DNA of 64,000 bases, taken from assembly GCF_963506605.1 (NCBI RefSeq), contig NC_083288.1, positions 29,326,001 to 29,390,000 on the forward strand, given 5' to 3'. The position numbers were made by a program, and so were the translations under genes. The notes under the pieces were generated by a model. The model worked only from the letters and a program-made list of their open reading frames with translations, was not told the DNA's origin and ran no database searches. How positions within the stretch are numbered: position 1 is the first letter of the stretch; the number at the start of each line of letters is the position of its first letter. The stretch comes from Zootoca vivipara (Eukaryota). Below, one piece after another: positions 11,921 through 24,822 of this stretch.

Positions 11921-13438
11921 TTGGGAGCACACCATCTGAAACAGGTCCATGATTATAAACTGGAGCAATAGTTTTGGTAAAAGAAACTTGGGAAGGATCC
12001 AAAGCAAAATTTTATGCTATGAAATAGGATATGGGTGTGTTAGGTGTTCACACCTTGGCTGGAGATGAATTAGGAAAGGCTGAAGGACTCTAGCTGGTTT
12101 GAGAAACAATACTGCTATGGGTTTCATCTTTATTCCTAGATCCATTTCTAATCCCTGGATCTGGCAAGTGTTAAAATCTAGGCAATGATTTTCATACCTG
12201 GAATAGCCTCTGCTGTACCTCATTCCAAAGGAAACACAAGCCCTGTTCATTTTGAAACAATGAGCAATCTCTGCATTTAAACTGCACTCACTTTTTACAG
12301 TTTCTGAACACACTTCTGTAAAATACACATTTTTCAATTCTTTTCAATTCTTTACAATTAATTTCCCTATTCAATGTCCATTTTGTACATAAATACATTT
12401 TGTGAGCACTTCTTGCCTTTGGAAACCTCATTGCAAATGCCAGTGTTGGACACAACCGTGGATTGGTGTTAAATATTGAGTCGTGTTGTTGAAGTTATCG
12501 ATGGGCTTGTCGCTACTTTTTCCATTCCTCACTACTTTGCCAATTGCTTCCATGATCTTTTGATGTGAACTACCGATACAGCAATTTTATTCGACATTAA
12601 GTGAGCAGAAATATCACATATGAAAGTTTTCTGAGAAGCGTGTTCGATAATTTCAGCCCCTTCTCTCCCTCCCATCACAGGTTATTTATGTTTCCAATAA
12701 GCACCCACAAACAGCATAGGAGGTTTTGGAAGAGCATTTCACATCAGCTTTTATTTCATTCACCAACAGCTAAGGAGTCTCTTTTCTGTTTGAAGCATTA
12801 ATGGATTCTGTTTGAATCTGGCATGGAAAACTGTACTTTGACTTTCGTTGCTGGAATGGGAAGTGCAACCCATTCATATTTTTAAAGCAAAACCTGCTGT
12901 TACTAACCCAACATAGTAATGGTCAATGAATTCAAGTAACAATGACTCTGATGAATGAAACAGAATAGTTATCAAAAATTAGTTGCCAAAGGCTTTTATT
13001 TGCACTATAGTTTTTTTTAATAAAATAAGAATAATTCTGACTTTCTATCCACAGTCATAACCTTTAAGACAACTGAATTTATAGTAAATATAATGAAATA
13101 AAGGTTTAAAAAACTGTACTAGGAAGAAGTCAATAGAAATTGTATCTCTTTATCTCATTTCATACACCACACACAGCCTCAGCAGCAATAGCCAGGAAAA
13201 AAACATAAAAAAGAGCCCAGAGCATCCCTGTGGTATCAATTTCATATGCATGCTGAAATGGCATTACAGTATCTTAGCCTTACATCTAAAGTCAAGCAGA
13301 GATGAAGCCAAAAGAACCTACCAGTAACACCATTATCTAGTCTAGTTTAGTCACCAGTACACAATCTTATGTCTGAACACTTTATATATATATAAAAGTA
13401 GCAATGGGACACAGAACAGGGGTAGGTAGACTTCAAAT

Positions 13439-13718
13439 CAGGGGCGCCGACTTGCCCCCCCCCCCCACACACACATGGAGGGAGCCCGCTCACATGATTC
13501 ATCACATGATGGTGCTAGGTGGAGGCAGGATGTATGTAGGGTGATCTCTGCCCTTTGTTCATCCCAGCACCCACCTGTCTCCCAGGTGATGGCGGGAGCA
13601 CACAGAGGGCACCCATGGTGGAGGATGGTCACCCCCTCAATATTGCGGGGCTCAGCCCCCTGCCTACCAATATTGAGGGGGGCAAAGCCCCCTCTGGTCC
13701 CTATAGTTGGCGCCCCTG
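13439..13718. mobile_element. hAT-type MITE (mirror copy at 34832-35109)
   Basis: CAGGGGCGCC TIRs; 8-bp TSD CTTCAAA(T/A). Confidence 0.8.
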
Positions 13719-13769
13719 CTTCAAAACATATTGTATATTATGTGCCAGACAAAGACATCCATAACTGAC

Positions 13770-14762
13770 TCAGGGAGTAGACGTTTCTGTTTGCATGTTA
13801 TCCCACAGACCTACACAGCCACATTTTCTTTTGGTATGCTTTTTCCAGGATCTGCCATAGATTTTCCACAACACTGCTTTGATCTCCTTGTTTCTCATGC
13901 TATAAATTATTGGATTCATCAGTGGGGGAAGAACACAGTAAGCCATGGCAACTGAACTGTCCAGACCCGCCAGGGAGTTGGAAGTTGGTTTTAGGTTGGC
14001 AAAGATGCCAGTGAAAAGAAATAAGGAGACAACGCTGAGATGAGGAATGCAAGTAGAGAAGGCTTTGTCTCTACTCTGTGCAGAGGGAATTCTGAAGACT
14101 GTTTTGAAGATCTCCGCATAAGACACAACTATGAAACTGAAGCAGCCGAGTCCTAGACATGCACTGAAGCCCAGAGCCACAGCTTCAATAAGGTACAAGT
14201 CAGAACAGGAGAGCTTGAGCAGTTGAGGTATCTCACAGAAGAACTGATTGATGATGTTGGAACAGAAAGGAACAGCAAAGGTGGCCCCAGTGTGTAATGT
14301 TGCGTAAAGGAGACCACTGATCCATGTACTAGTCACCATTTGGATGCAGGCTTCCTTATTCACTACTGTCTCGTAATGCAATGGGTCACAAATGGCAACA
14401 TACCGGTCATATGCCATGACTGTGAGGAGGAAAAAGTCTGATGCCATGAAGAAAAAGAGAAAGAAGACTTGAGCGACACACTCAGAATAAGATATCAACC
14501 TGGTGTTCATGAGACAGTTAGCCATGGCTTTTAGTATTGTGACTGAGATGTATCCAAGGTCCATAACAGACAAATTTGCCAGGAAGAAGTACATGGGATT
14601 GTGAAGATGGGGATCTGTGACCACAGCCACAAGGATGAGGATGTTCCCCAGCAATGCTGCCATATAGATCAGTAGAAAGATCACAAAATATAGAAGCTGT
14701 ATCTCTCGAATTTCAGAGAATCCCAAGAGGAGGAATTCCGTAATGGTGCTTTCATTGGACAT
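13770..14762 (-). CDS. Olfactory receptor, family 14-like (second subfamily), 330 aa
   Basis: LHNPMYFFL, MAYDRYVAIC.PL.Y, KAFSTC.PHL, PPLMNPIIYSMRNK; long C-terminal tail. Confidence 0.94.
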   Translation of the reverse strand: MSNESTITEFLLLGFSEIREIQLLYFVIFLLIYMAALLGNILILVAVVTDPHLHNPMYFFLANLSVMDLGYISVTILKAMANCLMNTRLISYSECVAQVFFLFFFMASDFFLLTVMAYDRYVAICDPLHYETVVNKEACIQMVTSTWISGLLYATLHTGATFAVPFCSNIINQFFCEIPQLLKLSCSDLYLIEAVALGFSACLGLGCFSFIVVSYAEIFKTVFRIPSAQSRDKAFSTCIPHLSVVSLFLFTGIFANLKPTSNSLAGLDSSVAMAYCVLPPLMNPIIYSMRNKEIKAVLWKIYGRSWKKHTKRKCGCVGLWDNMQTETSTP

Positions 14763-16854
14763 TTTGTCCTTAATACATTTCGTCCTACAAAAAACACAGG
14801 CAGCATAACCAAAGTTAGTAAGGCAGAATTCTCTTTTTCTTACTCATATGCCCCCCCCTAAAAAGGCTACTTTTGATCTGGGGAAAAGAAAATGTCATAA
14901 TTTTGGCATGGGTGATGCCCCCTGCGACGAAAGTCCTTTACTTTCCGTCTTATAACTCTGACCTCTCAATTATTAAAAGCACTAACAGGGATTTCTGAGG
15001 TAAATCAAACCTCCCACTTATCCCTCTAGCCTTTCTTTAAACCCTCTAGCACTTGTGGGTTTTAAAAAATAAAAGAGAGTCCTCTTCCAGCCTAAACGTG
15101 ACCAGGTACCTATATAGACTTGGGGCTATAAATAAGACTGTTCCTATGTGCACTCAGATAAGGGTTTCCCTTCACTAGAAACTCCCTTACTGTAAAGCTA
15201 GCCTCCTTCCTGAGGTAACTTTATTATCGCTCAGAACCTGTCTCCTCCTTTACCCCCCCCCTTTCTTGGTGCACTCTCAGCCACAAACTAACCTTTCTCC
15301 TCTAAAAGGCAGTTTTGACAGTTTAAAAGAGTTCCCCACCACCTGGGTTCCTGGGTACCTTAGCTGGAAAATGAAATAGACGATTACTAATGTGACACTT
15401 TAAAGATGGATATTTATTGGCTTGAATCTTAATGGTTGCTTTCTGGTAACATTGGTACGAACTTAATTTCACAGGTAACGTTTCTTAGTAATCAAATAAC
15501 AGAATACCTATCAACTAAACTATTATTATTATTACTTCATCTACTCTAAGTTCTACCTTCTCCACAACCACCCAAGCTCCCACACAAAAAACCCCCAACC
15601 GCCAACTCACATAACTGTTCCCCTTTCCGTTTTACCCCATGCAGGCCACGCCTCCCATGGAATGTTGCTGTCAGTTAACCAGGAGTCTGGGTTAACCCTT
15701 CAATAGGTCGGTTGCGAAACAAAAACATAACATAACAGTTTCAAATTTGCCACACACACCCTTCCCTATTTCCTCCCCATTAACATTAACTGAATGGATT
15801 TAAAGTTTTAAGGGGTGGGGGAGAGAAAAGTTTCATCATCTCTTAACACCAGAGAACAGCGTAGAGCTGCCCCTCTCTCCCCATACCAAGCTTATCCAAT
15901 ATGCTCTTCTCTCAAATCATTAGAACTAGAATAGAATTTAAATTATTTGAATCTCATGGCACATACATAGTGCTCAGTGAAGAGCAGTTTATCATGCTGT
16001 GGTAGTATGGATTGGGGATGGACACATTAGATTAGAAGGTCCTACTTCTCCTTCCCCAGACACAGATAATTGCTATCAATTCTGATCACATATTTGGAGT
16101 AGGAGTTTAGGAACTATGTGAATCAAATGGCAACATTCATCCTGTACTAAATTTTCAGTGCCCCACCCCCCCTCTATTTTAATAGAAATGGAAAGAAATG
16201 TCAAGAAAAATACATGAACTATTTTGACTGTCAGAGCGAAAGGCACTGATTGGTTAAGTGCAGACAGGAACAAGGAAGGCAAGAATTATGAACTGCTTAA
16301 TTTTTACCTTTCAGTTGGATGACATGAGGTTGCAATATATGAATAGGTACTGAACAGGTTGAGGGAACATTCAGGTTAACCCTAATGAAATGTCACGTGT
16401 TCAATTTGCCCTGCTGAAATCCTCAGAAGCTCACTTCTCCCTCAATACAGCCTTTTAATAAATGCATTGCAGTCTAGAGATGACATCATACATTGTATCT
16501 GTGGTCCCAAGAGTGCACAAGATATTGGGAAAGAGACGACCGAACTTATTCTCAGTAGAACTGGAGGCTCTTGGGTAGTCTTTAAAGCTCATCAGGAGGG
16601 AATACATGAGGATCAAAAGGATCAGAAACTTGAAAGTAATAGTTAATGCAGATTCAGGTTGTGAAGTCAAAATTTCAGAAATTAATTCGTCTCATTTACT
16701 TGGCTGTATATTTATTTCTATTAACACATGTGCATACTGCACAAAATACTAGAACATCACCACCCCCTGCATCAGGATGTCAGCATGCCCTCTCTATATG
16801 ACCCCAGTTCAACTTCAAGAAAAGGTGTGATGAAACAGCCATATCATAATGATA

Positions 16855-17025
16855 CAGTGGTACCTCGGGTTAAGAACTTAATTCATTCTGGAAGTCTGTT
16901 CTTAACCTGAAACTGTTCTTAACCTGAGGTACCACTTTAGCTAATGGGGCCTCCTGCTGCCGCCCTGGCGCTGGAGCACAATTTCTGTTCTCATCCTGAA
17001 GCGTCTGCAACCCAAAGTACCACTG
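16855..17025. mobile_element. Tc1/mariner (Tigger-like) MITE; mirror copy at 31525-31695
   Basis: CAGTGGTAC...GTACCACTG TIRs flanked by TA. Confidence 0.85.
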
Positions 17026-17761
17026 TACGTGACATTCTCTAGTTGTGTGAAAACTTACATATCCCAAATAGTACCAACCAGGCACAGTAGGAAGATATAG
17101 TACTTTATATTATAAATTATAGAGCATGTTGTGGAAGGGCTGGGAAGAAATCCTTTGTGGTTTGGGCTGGGGCCTAGGCCTTGTCAGGAGCTGAGTAATG
17201 GGGAGCGTGGTTATTTAGATGGGCTTAATTTGATTGGCAGAAGGGACACTTCTTAAGCTAAGTTTCTTTCGCCTTTGGGCCACTCTTGCCTTGGCGTTTG
17301 AATCTCCCTCCCACCCGCTGCTTTTTCTTACAGGTTTTAGCCTGACCTTGCTTTGCCTGTCATGGGGTCGCCTGTTGAAGGGGCCCAGTAGGAATTTTGC
17401 CATTTAGCTGATTGGCTTTGCCACTTGGTTTTTGCCTACTGCTTAGCAAATCGTCACAACTTGTTAGGTTGGCGGTTAGGCTTTTGGTTATGGAATTTGG
17501 TTGAAGGAGGGGTGTGGTATCCAGATGCCTACCCCCCTTCTTAATGTTGCTCCACATAGAAGTATTTCGTTAAAGGAATCCTGGGGCTTTCGCTCTAGTC
17601 CTTACATCCCCGCCATAGGCGGGGATGGGGGGGCAATTACAGAGTACAAGCCTTGGGGAACGTTCTTGGTCGAGAGGGGTGAATATTTGGGCACAGCTAC
17701 CTCCTCTCTCCATGTGTGTTTACTTTACTTCCCTATACCCTTGGGGAAGTCGGAGCTGGTA

Positions 17762-17908
17762 CTGTCCCAAGTGGACAGATTGTGAGTCCTGTCACAAAAT
17801 GGACAGATGATCTGAGTCCTGTCCCAAGCGGGCAGATGATTTGAGTCCTGTCCCAAGGCGACAGATACTGTGAGTCCTGTCCCATGCGGGGCAGATGGAT
17901 ATGGTCCT
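17762..17908 (+). repeat. Minisatellite, ~5 units of ~29 bp (CTGTCCCA...CAGAT...GAGTC), inside a repeat-like segment ~17126-18050
   Basis: Visible tandem units. Confidence 0.85.
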
Positions 17909-18995
17909 TCCTAGAGAAGGACAAATGGTTAATCAAAAGCCTAAGCCAACACTCAAACTATAATGTATTTAAATAAAGTTGTGGCCAAAATAATGCCAAA
18001 AACCCAAACCTAAAATATTGTGTCTGTTGTAAGTTATTAGGGGGGATTTCTATCAGCATCATCACACAACTGCATCCTTGGGTTTGTAGTGTGTGTGAGA
18101 GAGAGTGAGTTTTGTAAAAGATACAGGGAGGGAGAGAAATTGGTACCAAATGCTGCCTGACTGTTGGAAGAAGAGTGGAAAACCAGAACACTGGAAGGGA
18201 TGGAATGGATATTCTGGAACAGGGCAAAGGCATGACTTGCTGGAACCCTAAATAGAAGCATTACACACAGACACACACAGAGAGAGACACACAGGCACAC
18301 ACACACTGTGTGTGTGGGTATCCCATTTATTTGTTACTGATGGTAATCTCTCTACAACAGAGAATTGTGTAACCACCAAAAACTGAATTGTTGCTTAAGT
18401 TTTCAAACGTAACAATTAAAGTTGATCACAAATAGCTTCAGGAAATTCACAGCTGGATACAGTGTGCTAAAAATGTTTGTTCGGAAATTATAGTTGACGA
18501 ACAAATTTAAATCTTGAAATTGATGTCGCTCAGAAATGCAACTGAATAATTGTCATTAACCAAGTAAAACATTTTATCTTGAGGTTTCATTTTCTTCATC
18601 TGAGACTCACGCAATAGAGTTTTCAGGTCATTCGCAGCCTCATCATTATCACAATTAGTAAGAACAGCTATACGCCCCTTTTCACAGGAACTCAAAAAGT
18701 CAAAAAAGTGGATTATAATGTTACGGTTTTCAAACCAACTCTCTGAGGTAGCTGAGGCTGTAAGACAGTAGCTGTTCAAAGACTGTCCTGTGAGATTCAT
18801 CACTGAGTAAATTTTTATATGAATATCTCCTCACTGAAAGCCAGAAGCTCCACCACGCCACATGTGTTAGAGATTTCGAACAGTAACAAAGATTACATGT
18901 TCCCCAGGAAAATGATCTCACATCTAGAATATTCAGCTGAACCATTGTTCCAGTCTTGATGTGTGTACACCTTCCCACCAACCTCCCCACCTTCA

Positions 18996-19997
18996 TCAAC
19001 TTCCATTATTCAATACTACACAGTGCATAGGCCCCTTTTCCTGTTTCAGAAATCTGAGCTTAATGAAGGGGGAAGTCTTTCTCCTGGCAAGATGTTTCAG
19101 GGCCTCCTTGACTTGCTTGTTTCTCAGACTATAAATGAAAGGGTTCAGCAATGGAGTTATCACTGTGTTCAGTATGCTGACTACCTTGTTCAGGTCCAAA
19201 GAGTGATTTTTTTGTGGCTGTACATACATGAAAATGCAACTCCCATAGTAGAGTGTCACCACAATTAGGTGAGAGGCACACGTAGAGAATGCTTTCTGTC
19301 GTCCTTTGGCTGCAGGGATCCTCAGCACTGTTCCAATGATGAAGATATAGGACACACTTGTCAGCAGTAATGAACCCAGAAGGAGCAAGGCTGCACTTAC
19401 AAAATTAATCATTTCAATTTTCCTTACATCAAAGCAGGCCAGCTTGAGTAAGGGGTCAACATCACAAAAGAAATGTTTAATGACATTGGGTCCACAAAAT
19501 GGCAGCTGGCCTACCAGGACTGTAGGTGGTAGGACTGCAAAGAAGCCCCACATCCAGGAGGCAGCAATAAGCTGGAGGCAAAGGCGCATGGTCATGATGG
19601 CTGCATATCTCAGTGGGTTACAAATGGCAAGATAGCGGTCAAACGACATGACAGCCAAAAGGAAGAACTCACTGGAACCTGCTGAGAAGAAAATGTAGGC
19701 TTGCAAGATACAGCTATGGAAGGAGATGGATTTTCTCTGACTCATGAAGTTGACTAGCATTTTGGGGATAACAGTGGTGGTGTAGAGAGCCTCCAAAATA
19801 GACAAGTTGGCAATAAACATGTACATTGGGCTGTGAAGGCTGTTTTCACAGCACACCAAGGTAATAATGATAAAGTTGCCTACCATAGCAACAGTGTAGG
19901 TGATGAAGAATAAAGTGAAGAGCACTGGTTCATCCCCCTTAGTCTCAGAGAAACCTAAGAGGATGAATTCTGTTACAACCCTTGTCTGGTTCCTCAT
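18996..19997 (-). CDS. Olfactory receptor, family 6-like
   Basis: True start likely ATG at 19997 (MRNQT), just after a TTTCAG acceptor; [45 protein letters not shown]. Confidence 0.95.
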   Translation of the reverse strand: MRNQTRVVTEFILLGFSETKGDEPVLFTLFFITYTVAMVGNFIIITLVCCENSLHSPMYMFIANLSILEALYTTTVIPKMLVNFMSQRKSISFHSCILQAYIFFSAGSSEFFLLAVMSFDRYLAICNPLRYAAIMTMRLCLQLIAASWMWGFFAVLPPTVLVGQLPFCGPNVIKHFFCDVDPLLKLACFDVRKIEMINFVSAALLLLGSLLLTSVSYIFIIGTVLRIPAAKGRQKAFSTCASHLIVVTLYYGSCIFMYVQPQKNHSLDLNKVVSILNTVITPLLNPFIYSLRNKQVKEALKHLARRKTSPFIKLRFLKQEKGPMHCVVLNNGS

Positions 19998-21076
19998 TGT
20001 GGTGTGTGCTGAAACAGTCACTTGCGGAAATGGAGAGATGGGTAGCAGCTGGGCAGACTAATTCTTTTTCCACTCTGAAATTTTTAGATAAGTGAAGACA
20101 GGAATGAAAAATGTTAGAGAAGTTAGAGAAGCATGGAAGATTCCATATGGCATTCCCTGTCAGACCATGAATGGAGAAACATCAGTTATGCTTGCTTAAA
20201 CCAAGGGAAAGAAGGGAAGAGGAAGTATTGAAAGAACCAAGACTGGAATACTACAGCATTTTTCATGAATACAAAACATTTGCCCTTTATTAAATTCCAC
20301 AAGAGAATTGTGCAATAAGGCCAACATTTAATTTTTAAACATAAATAAATAAAATAAAACAGTTTAGAGAGTGTTAAGCATGTTTATCACCCATTCATTT
20401 CAAATGCAAGACATGTGAGTGATAGCCTAAATGTTCCAGTTTAAAATCAATGGCACTGAAAAGCACTCATTGATAACCTGACTCTTATTATATAATTCAT
20501 CCAACATGCTCCCCTGCTTCTGTTTTAAACTCTTGCTGTTTGAATATTTTAATAAAATAAATATACATATTGTTATCTCCGTATGTTTTACTTCTTCTAC
20601 CAGTAGTGACACTGCTGGAGTGAATTTTAGGACAGAACAAGGAGAATAAGCAAACATAGAAAAAATGTGGATGCCACATGAGCAGTGATGGCAAGAGAAG
20701 CAGAAGAGAAAATAGAACCATTCTCACCTCTCTCAGGTCTTCAGCAATAAGCCTTCATCTCTTTTTCTCTACAGATGTATCTTGCACCCATAGAGTGCCA
20801 ATGAAACCCCAATGTTCATTATCTGTTTTCCCTTCTTATTTTCATTGATCTGTTTGTCAAAATAAAAGGTAATTCATCAAGGATAGTCCAATCAAGCTAC
20901 ATTTTTTCTGCCTTGCCTCTTTCAGAGAGCTGCAGGGATAAAACCCAAAACAAACATATATTTCAAAATTGTCAGACGTAAGCAATCTTTGGCCATATTA
21001 ATGCTTTTTCAAGCTTCTTTCATGTTTTCATTGTCTTAGATTCTTCCCATCTTCACAGGAGAGAACTGGTTGAATG

Positions 21077-21078
<2 letters not shown>

Positions 21079-21128
<50 letters not shown>
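21079..21128. repeat. (AG)n microsatellite
   Basis: Direct observation. Confidence 0.95.
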
Positions 21129-21132
<4 letters not shown>

Positions 21133-22057
21133 CTTAATACTGTTTTAAAAGTTTCAGTGTTAATATTAGGTGAATGAAGAAGGCAACGGCCTAGAACATT
21201 ATGGTCCATTATCCTTTTCTTCATGATAGAAACTAAATGAACAATGTTGTTTACTACAGGTTATGTGGAAAAAGTTATTCATCAAAGGATAGGTATGTAT
21301 CCCCAAGGAACAAATTATATCAGGCCTACCAATATATCCCTGAACCAGTTCCAAAGCACATATTTGCAGAAATTTAAAATACAGAATGAATAATGAAATA
21401 TTTTGTTTCTCTGATCACTGATTTTTTCACTGCTACAATAGGTGTATTTACACACTGAATTCAAGGAGTTTAGAATATGTGTATATAACAGGTGAGCTAT
21501 ACACCTGTACAATTATTCACATGTAATGTTTAATGAGTGTTGAGTCTATATACATATTTACAAAAAACACTGTAGGGAGACAACTTGTGCCTTGGTTCAG
21601 TGTAATGTGCGAACAAGCCTATTGTCATATGGTATGTTTCATTGGATTTGTGTTGGGTGTTGAACCTTTGTGGAGTTATCAACAAAATGTCTTCTAGATT
21701 CATATTTGTGTGAATTTGAATGTCTCTCCTCAGGTGAAACATTTGAGGAATTTTGAGGAAAGCAGAAAAAGTATTTCATTACAGATAAGAAGATTTCTTC
21801 GGGTAGATTACATAAACTACACTTTGTGGTAGAATATGGCAGTTTAAGGACACTTTCCCAGACTTATTCATAGCAGTTAGCAAAAAGATAAAACAATAGG
21901 ATCATGGAAAAAAACTAGAGCCATGCTTTGAAACATGCAAAGGTTAAAATACTAAAATAGTTCAAAATTGCCTCAGCTTCCTAAGCATCTGGGTAGACTT
22001 TTCTGAACTAAAATGTTTTTAGCTGGCACAAAAAATAGTACAGTGAATGCACCTGCT

Positions 22058-22160
22058 CAGGGCCGTCTTAAGCATATCTGGCGCCGTGGTGCGAAGATCC
22101 CTTGGCAGTCCAGCGTCCTGGTGCCCTGCGCCACCCAACCTTGCTGTAGGGCCGGCCCTG
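22058..22160. mobile_element. hAT-type MITE
   Basis: CAGGGCCG...CGGCCCTG termini; perfect 8-bp TSD CACCTGCT. Confidence 0.82.
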
Positions 22161-23114
22161 CACCTGCTCCTCAATAGGCAGGGAGTTCCAAACTGTAGGC
22201 ACTGCTACATTAAATGATCAAGTTTTTTATGGCACTTGTAGTATTGTCGATTTTGCCAATCAAAGTGGTTCAGTGGGTGCATGTGGGGTAAACCAATCTC
22301 ATGGGCAAACTGGTCCCAAGTTATTAATGGCTTTATATACTAAAAGTAACAGCTTGAACATGGATCAATAGAAAATTGTCCACCAGTGCAGATCTCTGAG
22401 CACATGGTCCCCACTTCTGCCAGTAATCCTACTGCAGCATTATGCGCTAAATGCAGCTTTCAGATCTAATGTTATTCATAGAATTTTAAAATTAATGACC
22501 CATTAAAATCAACGGACATGACTAACATATGTTCATTAATTCCAATAGGTCTACTCTCAGTAGAATTTAATAGGCTACACCCCTTACTGGGGATAGTGTA
22601 CGTAGAAGTGACAATATTCTAGAGTTTCTAAATGCCTCTGAAAAAGCATTTAACAACTTTAACAAGTTTAAAAACTCTTATGTTATTTTTTCCCCAGAGC
22701 AATACATGCAGGGCGAGTAACTGTGATGGTAAAAGATGGTAAATTCTTTCTGCAGAGTTTCTGGCATTCAGAGTAGACTATATTAAACTAGATGGATAAA
22801 CATAAGATCATAGGAGGGCATAGGAAGGCACTGCCGAATCAGGCTCATGGCCTATCAAGCCCAGTATTCTGCTTTCCAGTCACAGCAGCCAAGCAGGTGC
22901 CTATAGGAAGTCCAAAAGCAGGACATAGATAAGATTTTTTAAGACCAAATTTAAATTCCTGATTTTTTCACGAAGTAAAATGATCAAAAATAGAATCACC
23001 CTTGTGCTTTGAACATTGCAAAGAAATAAACTGATAACCAAACGAAAATGTGGAGAAAATGAAATATATTTTTTTTTATTTCCTCCCTCCAGATATTTGT
23101 CACAAGTCTACAGA

Positions 23115-24065
23115 ATGGCAGTGGATAACTTCACAAGCAGAGTTACAGAATTTGTATTTGTAGGAATGTCACAAAATTCAGAATTTGAACAGTTTTTATT
23201 TTTTCTGTTCCTGATAGTTTATATAGCTACTTGGTTAGGGAATGTCACCATTATAATCACTGTAATATCAGACCACCATCTTCACATGCCCTTATATTTT
23301 TTACTGGCCAACTTGGCTTTTCTGGATGTTAGTGAATCTACAGTAACTGCACCTAAATTGCTGCAAGTGCTCTTTTCCCAGAACAAAACCATCTCCTTCC
23401 ATGGATGTTTGACACAGATTTTCTTTTTTCACTTCCTTGGGGGTGCTGTCGTTTTCTCTCTTATAATGATGGCAGTTGATCGATATCTAGCTATTCACAA
23501 GCCATTGCAATACATGATCATCATGAACAAGAAAACCTGCTTTGTGATCATTTTGTGTGCATGGCTAAGTGGCTCCATTCACTCCATAGTCCACGTAGCA
23601 CTGATCCTGCAGTTACCATTCTGCGGTCCCAACATATTGGATAATTTCTACTGTGATGTTCCACAGGTGGTCAAATTGGCCTGCACAGACATCTATACTG
23701 TTGAACTGCTTATGATCTCCAACAATGGACTTATTGCAACAGGAACCTTCATTGCTTTGCTCATTTCATACAGCATCATCTTGTTCAAGATAAGAAATCA
23801 TGTCTCAGAAGGGAAGCACAAAGCTCTTTCAACATGTGCAGCCCAGATCACAGTAGTGAGTTTACACTTCATCCCATCTCTCTACATTTATGACCGGCCC
23901 TTCAAGGAATTTTCAGCAGATAAGGTGGTCTCCATCCTCTATACAGTTATCAGCCCAGTGCTGAATCCAATCATTTACACATTAAGAAATACAGAGATGA
24001 AAAATGCTATAAGGAGGCTAGTGGGGAAAGTGCTGAGGTTTTATCAGAATGATTCAAAACTGTAA
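23115..24065 (+). CDS. Olfactory receptor, family 4-like
   Basis: ATG at 23115 (MAVDNFT) follows a pyrimidine tract/CAG acceptor ending at 23092; MAVDRYLAIHKPLQY, DNFYCDVPQVVKLAC, KALSTC, LNPIIYTLRN. Confidence 0.93.
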   Translation: MAVDNFTSRVTEFVFVGMSQNSEFEQFLFFLFLIVYIATWLGNVTIIITVISDHHLHMPLYFLLANLAFLDVSESTVTAPKLLQVLFSQNKTISFHGCLTQIFFFHFLGGAVVFSLIMMAVDRYLAIHKPLQYMIIMNKKTCFVIILCAWLSGSIHSIVHVALILQLPFCGPNILDNFYCDVPQVVKLACTDIYTVELLMISNNGLIATGTFIALLISYSIILFKIRNHVSEGKHKALSTCAAQITVVSLHFIPSLYIYDRPFKEFSADKVVSILYTVISPVLNPIIYTLRNTEMKNAIRRLVGKVLRFYQNDSKL

Positions 24066-24240
24066 TGACCGCTCCCCACATCAAATGGGGGGTGACTTTT
24101 GCATGGTCGTGCGCAGCCGCCTGGACCCCAGTGCGGCTCCTGGTAGTTCGGGCTGGCTTCATCCTCCCCAGGCTGGATACCTCAGTCATCCACCCAATCC
24201 TGCCTGGAAGAGGCATTGCCAGGGGATTGGCCAGGTAAGG
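24061..24240 (+). mobile_element. LTR-like repeat fragment (relatives at ~62068-62186, ~51855-51995, ~5500-5645)
   Basis: Shared AATGAC..CTCC.CACATCAA.TGGGGG..TTTGCATGGT start; begins TGT here. Confidence 0.5.
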
Positions 24241-24518
24241 TGAGGGACTGCCCAGCCCACACAACTGAAGGTGAAGATTACCTGCGAAGCAGCAGTCAGA
24301 ACTGTAAATGTTATTTATATGCATATTGATTCTTATTTAAACGTCCTTGTATATTGCTTTAAACCTATTTAGTGATGAAATTACAAAACAATAGAAAATA
24401 GATTATTATATTATATTATATTATTAGTTTCTGCCTAAATGCCCAGGAAAAAAAGAACTGCATTGACCTGGCATTGAAATGATGAGAAGTGGGATTTTCT
24501 GGGGAATGCATTTTTTAA

Positions 24519-24562
<44 letters not shown>

Positions 24563-24821
24563 AATATGACTACAAAAAATGGCCTGATCTCTTGTCACCA
24601 CCTTCTGGACCTCCCTCAATGATGGCACAAAGAGAAGGGTTTATCATGATGATGTCACATTCCCAGTAGTTTTTCATAGGGAAAGTCAGTCCTTGGGGTC
24701 CTGGGCCACTGAAGGCTTTTAATATCTAAACACCTCAAATTTGGCATGAAAACAAATGGGCTGCCAGTGTATAGTCAGGCCTTAAACTCTATTTACAGTT
24801 AAGGACATGATGAGTTGGACT

Positions 24822-24822
<1 letters not shown>

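Larger units (their letters stand above)
9530..12727. repeat. Local tandem duplication (~9530-10558 vs ~11040-12727); the first copy has internal deletions
   Basis: Direct repeats including the MIR-like SINE and its flanks. Confidence 0.88.
404..17620 (-). repeat. Left arm of a large young inverted segmental duplication
   Basis: Reverse complement matches 30929-61355 in collinear blocks (17620<->30929, 13770-14762<->33788-34780, ~2650-5925<->~51570-54580, 404-775<->~60980-61355). Confidence 0.93.

Noticed and set aside
17762-17908. Regular ~29-bp repeats resembling a CRISPR array
   Set aside because: The units are contiguous diverged tandem copies without unique spacers, the context is vertebrate, and there are no cas genes.
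23016-23114. N-terminal extension of the OR4-like ORF (similarly 19998-20021 for OR6)
   Set aside because: The ORF caller used non-ATG starts upstream of a splice acceptor; the sequence is intron or UTR.
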